NCBI GenBank assembly: GCA_037137535.1 | Contig: JBAXKC010000001.1 | Coordinates: forward strand, 192,001 to 256,000 | Origin: a bacterium | GTDB lineage: Bacteria > Cyanobacteriota > Vampirovibrionia > Gastranaerophilales > JBAXKC01 | Length of the DNA: 64,000 bases | Direction of reading: 5' to 3' | Shown here: piece after piece, positions 57,177 through 64,000 of the stretch | Position numbering within the stretch: position 1 is the stretch's first letter | How the letters are laid out: each line of letters begins with the position of its first letter | The notes under the pieces: model-generated | Databases searched by the model: none | What the model was told of the DNA's origin: nothing | What the model saw: only the letters and a program-made list of their open reading frames with translations | Made by a program: the position numbers and the translations under genes

Positions 57177-58090
57177 TATATTTTAAATGTTTGAAATACA
57201 GACTGATTAGGAATGTTAATTACAGGCGGTTTAATAATTGCTTTATTTGATAAGGGAGGAGGCGTTAAATTTGACTTAGGTAAAGGCTCAACTGCCTTAA
57301 AACTGGCAACCAACGGGTGAGGAGTATCAACAGCATTTTCTAAAATATTCAAAGACGTTTTTGAAGCATTTTGACTAATTATTTCCTCTTTTTTAAGCTC
57401 ACCTTTTTTCATGTGCTCTTTAAATCCTTTAGCGACAAAGTTTCTGAGAGGAGGAGTAAGGATACTTAATCCAACAATCATTCCAGCAATATTTGTAAGA
57501 TTTCCCATTGCTCCATGAAAGTTTTTAACGGTTTTACATAAATTTGTATCTAATGTATTAATTTTTGAACGAAGAGCTTCAGCTGTCTCAACAATTGATT
57601 TATCGGGATTAATCGCAACCCCAAATCTAGAAGCAGTTGTATTAACAATATCCGTAAGATCTTTAACCTTTTTAGGCTCCTTAGGTAATTCTTCGCATAA
57701 AAGAGTCTTGATAAAATTTCCTATATCTTTATTTGTTACAATTTTATTATTGCCAGCAATTTTATTTTCATATTTAGTAATAAACTCATTTACTTCATGA
57801 GGAATAATAAGACCAGATTTAACCAAACCTTTTCCAATAAAACCAAAACCTAAAGCAGCACCCATAAATACACAAATTTTAATTCCTCCTTCAATTAATT
57901 CTTGAGGGATCATAAATTTTTTAGAGTCTTCAGGAACTTCCTTATTTATTTTTATAGCAACTGCTTGCAGTCCACAGAGTAAAGAAAAATTAAAAGCATT
58001 TGCTATTCTTAGAAAATTTTCATTATCTTTATATTTAAATGAAGTCATAGTTTGAAGAAGTTTGTCACGAAATTCTATAATCTTAGACAT
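57176..58090 (-). CDS. Hypothetical membrane protein with Pro-rich tail
   Basis: 304 aa, about 3 hydrophobic helices; TAATG-coupled to the upstream gene. Confidence 0.7.
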   Translation of the reverse strand: MSKIIEFRDKLLQTMTSFKYKDNENFLRIANAFNFSLLCGLQAVAIKINKEVPEDSKKFMIPQELIEGGIKICVFMGAALGFGFIGKGLVKSGLIIPHEVNEFITKYENKIAGNNKIVTNKDIGNFIKTLLCEELPKEPKKVKDLTDIVNTTASRFGVAINPDKSIVETAEALRSKINTLDTNLCKTVKNFHGAMGNLTNIAGMIVGLSILTPPLRNFVAKGFKEHMKKGELKKEEIISQNASKTSLNILENAVDTPHPLVASFKAVEPLPKSNLTPPPLSNKAIIKPPVINIPNQSVFQTFKI

Positions 58091-58728
58091 TAGTGCCCCC
58101 CATTTTTCTTATGCTTTGTTGTTGCTTCAGGGCAAATCAATGACATAACTTTATTCATAGAATAATTCATTACCGGAATATCCAATGAAAGAGTAAAAAG
58201 TACTGTTGTTACTACACCTACGACATCACCAAAACAATCTGCAAGCTTTTTACCAGATTTAATAAGGCTTTCACCTGTTTTTTTATTTAAAATAACTTCA
58301 CTGTTTGGAGTTATAATATCGTGAAAAATATCATTTCCTGCCTTTTTACTAAGTCCGGGAAATGTTTCTTGAATCTTTTTTATCGCAAGCTCTGGACTGC
58401 CTTTTAGTTCTTCAACTGCAGGTTTTAACTTTTTTATAGCATTAATAAAACATTGTCTTCCCTGTTTTTGTCCTATATATCTTGCTGCAACTCCTGTTAA
58501 CGTTCCAATAATAATTTTAGAACAAGTTTTTACAACTGAATATTTTCTATCCTCTTTACTTAACTTTCTGTTGCTGTAATAATCCACCGCAGGCTCAATA
58601 GCAATAGCTCCTGCACCAATACCAAGCCTAGTTACATAATTGTCAAGATTTGCAAAATTTTCAAGAGTTTGCATTTTTATAGGTTTTAATACCATTCTAT
58701 TAGGGGTTGGAATTCCAAGTATCTTCAC
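58090..58728 (-). CDS. Hypothetical membrane protein
   Basis: GTG at 58728 after an AGAGGGG RBS; about 3 hydrophobic helices. Confidence 0.7.
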   Translation of the reverse strand: MKILGIPTPNRMVLKPIKMQTLENFANLDNYVTRLGIGAGAIAIEPAVDYYSNRKLSKEDRKYSVVKTCSKIIIGTLTGVAARYIGQKQGRQCFINAIKKLKPAVEELKGSPELAIKKIQETFPGLSKKAGNDIFHDIITPNSEVILNKKTGESLIKSGKKLADCFGDVVGVVTTVLFTLSLDIPVMNYSMNKVMSLICPEATTKHKKNGGH

Positions 58729-59266
58729 AAAATCCCCTCTCCTTCTAATCAATTACTCTATACTCATGAAAATTTGTTGTTACTTAAATTTAATTCTAAA
58801 TAACACCTTTCCAATGAGCATCTTTTTTGTGGTAACTCTTCATTAAAATGCCTAAATGGAAAAGTCTTTAAACTTTATCCATTTTATTTCGCCATTCATG
58901 ATCTCTTGCTTCTAAATATAAAAGCCTCATATATTATTTAAAACATATAAAATCAAAAAATTGTCGATTCTTTATATAATTTTTACATTTGTTTAGTACT
59001 ACCTAGAGTAAGTTCCAGCTTGTTCTCAGTTCAAAACCACTGTTGTCAGGGCGTTTATGAAAATAGCCGACGGTTTCGCTACATGCTGTGCCTTTTGCCA
59101 TGCTTTTAATAACTTGAGCAAATATTTTAGTTTTATGATCAACGATATAGTCATTGATGTTTGTTACAAATTCAACCTTCATTTTTTTATTCCCCAATCG
59201 ACGATATTTAATTTTTATCCCTAAATAATTTCTTTTTGTATTAAAAATAGTAAAAACTTTTATTGC

Positions 59267-59308
59267 TTAACCTTATTGTAAAACAATTATATTTTACAAT
59301 AAGGTTAA
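59267..59308 (-). terminator. Long hairpin downstream of the SNF2 gene
   Basis: TTAACCTTATTGTAAAA...TTTTACAATAAGGTTAA. Confidence 0.6.
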
Positions 59309-59335
59309 AAGCAAAAAGTTGAAGTTATATTAATA

Positions 59336-62300
59336 TTAAAACCGATTGAGCGAGAAAATTTCCATAAGTTCTTCATTAGAAAGTTCGGATAACCAATTTT
59401 CCCCTGCAGATACGGTTAAATTAGCAAGTTCTCTTTTATTTTTGATCATCTCGTCAATTTTTTCTTCAAAAGTTCCAAGAGTTATCAACCTGTGAATAAT
59501 AACGTTTTTATCCTGTCCAATCCTATAAGCTCTATCAGTAGCCTGATCTTCAACGGCAGGATTCCACCATAAATCATAATGGATAATATTATTAGCCGCT
59601 GTAAGGTTAAGACCTGTTCCACCAGCTTTTAAAGACAGAATTAAAAACTTTACGTCATCTTTAGTTTGAAAATCTTCTACAATTTTATCTCTTTTTTTAG
59701 TTGAAAGACTGCCGTGGAAAAAATAAGATTTTTCGCCTAACTCTTTTTCAATCATTTTTTGCAGAATCTCACCCATACCTTTATATTGAGTAAAAATCAG
59801 CGCTTTTTCATTTGATTCAATAAGGTTTTCCAAAATTGACAAAGCTTTTTCTGATTTTCCTGATAAAGCCTTTCCTATTTCAGCACTTTCCTGATATAAA
59901 GCAGGGTGATTACAAATTTGTTTCAATGCGGTAATCAGCTTAAAAATTAAACCTTTTCTCTGAATACCTGCACTTCTTTCAATAAGCGAAACGGTACTTT
60001 CCAATGTTTTCTGATATAAAACAGCCTGTTCTTTTGATAAATAACAATATTCATCAAATACGATTTTATCAGGCAGGTCAGAAATGATGGTCTTATCTGT
60101 TTTTAATCTTCTCATCAAGAATGGAGAAGTTGCAAAACAGAGTTTTTCCGCTTTATCTAAATCATGATTTCTTTCGATAGGAATTGCATAACTTTTTTGG
60201 AAGGTCGACAAATCAGCCAAATATCCGACATTTATAAAGTCAAAAATACTCCATAGCTCAGTAAGCCTATTTTCAACAGGTGTACCACTCATCGCAATGT
60301 TATTTTCAGCTTTAATTGACTTAATCGCCAGAGTTTGAGCTGTTTCAGGGTTTTTGATGTTTTGAGCTTCATCGACAATTAAAACTTTCCAGTCCCTATC
60401 TTTGAATTTATCAAAATCCATTCTAAGCATAGTATATGTTGTTATTACGATATCAACTTTTTCCTCTGAAAAGACTCTGTCAGGTCCATGATAAATATAA
60501 GCATTCAGGTCAGGAGCAAATTTATTACTTTCCTTATACCAGTTACCTATAAGAGTAGTAGGACACACCACCAAAGCAGGTTTATCGAGCTTATTATCTT
60601 CTTTTAACTTTAAAATAAGTGAAAGAACTTGTATTGTTTTACCTAAACCCATATCATCAGCCAAACATGAACCAAATCCTTTTTTCATGTTTGAATAAAG
60701 CCACTTAAATCCTCTTTCTTGATAAGGTCTTAAAGTTGCATTTAATCCATGAGGAGTATCAATATCTTCAATTCTTACTATATTTTCAAGCACTTTTTTA
60801 ATAGCTTCATCAGGATAAAATTCTACATCCTGATATAGACCTGAAAAGGCTGTATGTAAAAATTCAGCAGAATTTTTAAGTTTCGGCGGTTCTTGATCAA
60901 GCTTTTTAAGCATTGAATCAATTTCACCGGGATTTAATAAAATATATTGTCCGTCATATTCTATAATGCCATCACTATCTTTTATCAACTCTTCAAATTC
61001 TTCTTTTGTTATTGTTTTATCACCAAGCGAAACCTCATAAGAAAAAGAAAGGATATCATCAATTTTTAAGGCGGAGTCTTTGCTTTCAGCGAAAAAAAGT
61101 TCAGGATTTAAATTTTTCTTTCTCAGTTTAGGTCTTGCAACAACTTTTGGAGAAACAACCTTTGTTAATTCTTTAGGAGTTTTAAACAATACGCCCAAGC
61201 GTTCAAGAGTTCTGGCAGTTCTTGTGATTATATCAAAAGCTGCATCTGCTCCAAGTGTAAAACTTTTTAAGTTTTCATCATCTACAATCTTGCCAAGTTC
61301 AGGAAAATAAACAGATGAATATTTAAGCTGTTTTAAAATATCCGAATAATTAAGTCCCTTTTCTTCCAATATAACTTTGTTAAAAGGCAATGGTGTTTCT
61401 TCAGGGCTATTTCTATTAATTATTTCAATAGTTACATCATAAACTATCTGCTTATTTTTATTCTGAATTTTTTCAAATTTAATTACGGGAGTATAATCAC
61501 AACTTCCGATAATAAGCCTAAAAAGCCATTCATTAATTTCATCTGCAAAATTCTGACCTTCTTGAGATTCAACTTTTAATACAAGATTTTTTATAAAAAG
61601 ATTTATAATATTGCTGTTTTTTACTTTTAAAGGCTTTATAAACAAAGCTTTATGGACAATATGATTTAAAAACAGGGCTAATATTTCTTTTAATTCAAAA
61701 TTTATTATATTTTTATTTTCGTCAAAGAAAATTATATTTGATTTTATTTCCCTTAAAGTTTCAGTTACCTCTCTTACAGCACTATTCTGCATAAAAGGAA
61801 CATAACTAACTTTAAATCTGCTATCTTTTTCATATTTAATTTGAGGAATTAAATTATAAGATTCAGCAAGTTTAATTGCAAAATCAGCACAAAGAGAATA
61901 AAAAATAGCTGATTCAGAGGCTTCTTCTCTATTTATACTTGAGTGGAGGTATAAGAAATACTCGATAAAATCATCAAGCGAAATGATTAAACCTTCTTTT
62001 TCGCTAAATTCAATACCATTTTCTGTTTTTTGCGGAATATTAATATATTCAGTTACTATTCTAGCTCTTGAGCCTTTAGATTTTAAATAGAATAAAAAAG
62101 AGTTATAAGGAGTAATAAGGACTTTTAACTGATTAGCATTGTCCCTATATATATAGAAACAGGAATCAGCCTTTATCGACTGACCAACAGGCTCATCATA
62201 CATTGTCTCAATGAGTTCGCCGACTGTTTCATAAATTTTCAATAAATGTGCTTTAAAATCGCCTTTTTCAAAGAAATCGGGTTTAGGCGGTAAAATTGAT

Positions 62301-62365
62301 AAAAAATCATTCAGATCATTTTTTTGAGGTGTGAAATTAATTGTTTTTTGGGCTTTTTCAAGCAT
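59336..62365 (-). CDS. SWI2/SNF2 family helicase
   Basis: LRPYQ, LADDMGLGKT, DEAQNIKN, SGTPVEN, LSLKAGGTGLNL, WWNPAVEDQATDRAYRIGQ. Confidence 0.95.
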   Translation of the reverse strand: MLEKAQKTINFTPQKNDLNDFLSILPPKPDFFEKGDFKAHLLKIYETVGELIETMYDEPVGQSIKADSCFYIYRDNANQLKVLITPYNSFLFYLKSKGSRARIVTEYINIPQKTENGIEFSEKEGLIISLDDFIEYFLYLHSSINREEASESAIFYSLCADFAIKLAESYNLIPQIKYEKDSRFKVSYVPFMQNSAVREVTETLREIKSNIIFFDENKNIINFELKEILALFLNHIVHKALFIKPLKVKNSNIINLFIKNLVLKVESQEGQNFADEINEWLFRLIIGSCDYTPVIKFEKIQNKNKQIVYDVTIEIINRNSPEETPLPFNKVILEEKGLNYSDILKQLKYSSVYFPELGKIVDDENLKSFTLGADAAFDIITRTARTLERLGVLFKTPKELTKVVSPKVVARPKLRKKNLNPELFFAESKDSALKIDDILSFSYEVSLGDKTITKEEFEELIKDSDGIIEYDGQYILLNPGEIDSMLKKLDQEPPKLKNSAEFLHTAFSGLYQDVEFYPDEAIKKVLENIVRIEDIDTPHGLNATLRPYQERGFKWLYSNMKKGFGSCLADDMGLGKTIQVLSLILKLKEDNKLDKPALVVCPTTLIGNWYKESNKFAPDLNAYIYHGPDRVFSEEKVDIVITTYTMLRMDFDKFKDRDWKVLIVDEAQNIKNPETAQTLAIKSIKAENNIAMSGTPVENRLTELWSIFDFINVGYLADLSTFQKSYAIPIERNHDLDKAEKLCFATSPFLMRRLKTDKTIISDLPDKIVFDEYCYLSKEQAVLYQKTLESTVSLIERSAGIQRKGLIFKLITALKQICNHPALYQESAEIGKALSGKSEKALSILENLIESNEKALIFTQYKGMGEILQKMIEKELGEKSYFFHGSLSTKKRDKIVEDFQTKDDVKFLILSLKAGGTGLNLTAANNIIHYDLWWNPAVEDQATDRAYRIGQDKNVIIHRLITLGTFEEKIDEMIKNKRELANLTVSAGENWLSELSNEELMEIFSLNRF

Positions 62366-62465
62366 TTGTTATATATTCCGCAATCTATTTTAACTAACTA
62401 TATGCTATACAAGCATTATTTTATTTTAATATAAAAGTGCTTTGATTATTAGCTAAACTTTAGTT

Positions 62466-63329
62466 TTATTTATTTTTTCTTGCTATTATCACTCTGTCAA
62501 TTCCTGCAAAATCTGGAATAATAGCCATCACGGTGAAATTATTTTTTATAAACAATTCTTTAACACTTTGAGATTGATCAATTCCAAGCTCAAATAAGAT
62601 AAATCCATTTTTATTTAATTTTTCAACTGCTTGTTCAATTATATTTCGATAGAAAAAAAGCCCGTTTTCGTCTGCAAATAAAGCAAGATGAGGCTCATGT
62701 AAAGCCACTTCGGACTGCATTGTCTTTAACTCTTTTATATCAATATAAGGAGGATTTGAAACAATTATATCGATATTTTTATCTATATTTTGAAGTAAAT
62801 CAGAATTTAAAAAAGTTAAATTATTTAGAACTCCAAGTTTAGAAGCATTTTCTCGTGCCATATTAAGAGATTCTTCAGAAATATCAATACTAAAAATATT
62901 TATATCGCTCAAAAGCTTAGCAATCATAATGGCAATACAACCTGAACCAGTGCCTATATCAACAATAAAAGGAGTATCAAATAAATTTACGGTCTTTATT
63001 GTTTCATTAACAAGAATTTCAGTTTCAGGTCTGGGTATAAGCACATTTTTATTAACTTTAAAGCATTCCCCCATAAAATAAGCCTCTCCCGTAATGTATT
63101 GTACGGGAAGTTTTTCTTCTATTCTCAATTTAACAGCTTTTTGTATTTCTGTATAAACATCTTCATTTAAAATCATATTCGGATTTAATATTAAATCTTT
63201 TTTTGTTATTTTTGCAAAATGCTCAAGCAAAATATAAACTTCGCAAACCGCTTCCTCATGAGAAATACCGTCTCTTTCAAGCAAAGAAACGGTATTTTTA
63301 ATCAACTTATTAATGGAATAATTAGTCAT
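62466..63329 (-). CDS. prmC: Release factor glutamine methyltransferase
   Basis: [28 protein letters not shown]. Confidence 0.95.
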   Translation of the reverse strand: MTNYSINKLIKNTVSLLERDGISHEEAVCEVYILLEHFAKITKKDLILNPNMILNEDVYTEIQKAVKLRIEEKLPVQYITGEAYFMGECFKVNKNVLIPRPETEILVNETIKTVNLFDTPFIVDIGTGSGCIAIMIAKLLSDINIFSIDISEESLNMARENASKLGVLNNLTFLNSDLLQNIDKNIDIIVSNPPYIDIKELKTMQSEVALHEPHLALFADENGLFFYRNIIEQAVEKLNKNGFILFELGIDQSQSVKELFIKNNFTVMAIIPDFAGIDRVIIARKNK

Positions 63330-64000
63330 TACTCTCCGCTAATTTTTCAAGCTTAACCTTTTGATCAGCCATTACAAGGCTATCAATAAGCTCTTCCAAA
63401 TCACCTTCGATAACTGATCTCAAAGTAAAGTTCTGATTTATTCTGTGATCGGTACATCTTCCCTGCGGGAAGTTATATGTTCTTATTCGCTCACTTCTAT
63501 CACCGGTACCGACTTGAGAACGTCTTAAATCAGTAATTTCTTTCATCTGCTTCTGGATTTCCATATCAAAGAGTTTAGCTTTTAATATTTGCATAGCTCT
63601 TTCTTTGTTTTGAAGCTGACTTCTTTCTTCTGTACAATGAACCATTAAACCTGTCGGTTTATGCACGATTCTAACAGCAGTTTCAACTTTGTTCACGTTT
63701 TGACCGCCTGCACCACCTGCACGAGCAGTTGATATATCAAGGTCTTTAGCTTCTATATTTACTTCAACATCATTTACTTCAGGCATAACCGCTACTGTAG
63801 CAGTACTTGTGTGAATTCTACCTTGTGATTCAGTAACAGGGACTCTTTGAACTCTATGAACTCCGGATTCATACTTTAAACGGCTATAAACACCATCGCC
63901 TTTGATAGAAATAGTCGCCTCAGAAATACCACCCAATTCACCTTGAGAGACACCAAGCACTTCAGTTTTCCAGCCTAATTTTTCCGCATATCTCAAATAC
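63322..64000 (-). CDS. prfA: Peptide chain release factor 1, 3' part
   Basis: [14 protein letters not shown] (PxT), GAGGQ, RTYNFPQ; lies upstream of prmC. Confidence 0.96.
   Translation of the reverse strand, partial: YLRYAEKLGWKTEVLGVSQGELGGISEATISIKGDGVYSRLKYESGVHRVQRVPVTESQGRIHTSTATVAVMPEVNDVEVNIEAKDLDISTARAGGAGGQNVNKVETAVRIVHKPTGLMVHCTEERSQLQNKERAMQILKAKLFDMEIQKQMKEITDLRRSQVGTGDRSERIRTYNFPQGRCTDHRINQNFTLRSVIEGDLEELIDSLVMADQKVKLEKLAESND

Noticed and set aside
59060-59110. c-di-GMP-I riboswitch (GGCAAA...GAAA on minus strand)
   Set aside because: P2 stem and the downstream GACGCAAAGC-type consensus are not present.
63322-64000. prfB with programmed frameshift
   Set aside because: The PVT motif and linkage to prmC identify RF1, not RF2 (SPF).

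Overview
AT-rich bacterial chromosomal window. The ndh/nuo, purH and pilus proteins look cyanobacterium-related, Kdo/LPS genes are present and no photosynthesis genes are seen, so I infer a non-photosynthetic relative of Cyanobacteria (Melainabacteria/Vampirovibrionia, Gastranaerophilales-like). This is an inference, not a database result. Core content: purH; an 11-subunit complex I operon (nuoA-B-C-D-H-I-J-K-L-M-N, no nuoEFG here); a Wzy-type exopolysaccharide cluster (priming GT, wza, wzc, wzy, wzx, GT4); rsmB; tRNA-Pro/Gly/His; kdsD-kdsC; a type IV pilus/T2SS block (pilP-like, secretin, pilB, pilC, DUF6812-like); infC(ATT start)-rpmI-rplT; CBS-type ppaC; a SNF2 helicase; prmC; and partial prfA. 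An accessory stretch follows the tRNAs: a 5'-truncated TPR array flanked by REP-like repeats, a DUF6155-like plus SWIM-finger pair, a yellow/MRJP protein, an RTX-repeat protein, a MATE transporter and tandem hemerythrins. Best candidates for novelty: (1) a twice-occurring two-gene cassette (DUF697-like protein plus a small two-helix partner) whose proteins share a recurrent [S/T/N/Q/A]F[G/K/T]x motif with other orphans; (2) a four-cysteine insertion in NuoD; (3) a Wzc pseudokinase; (4) a PilB with a duplicated N-terminal subdomain; (5) an unannotated 49-aa monocistronic gene.
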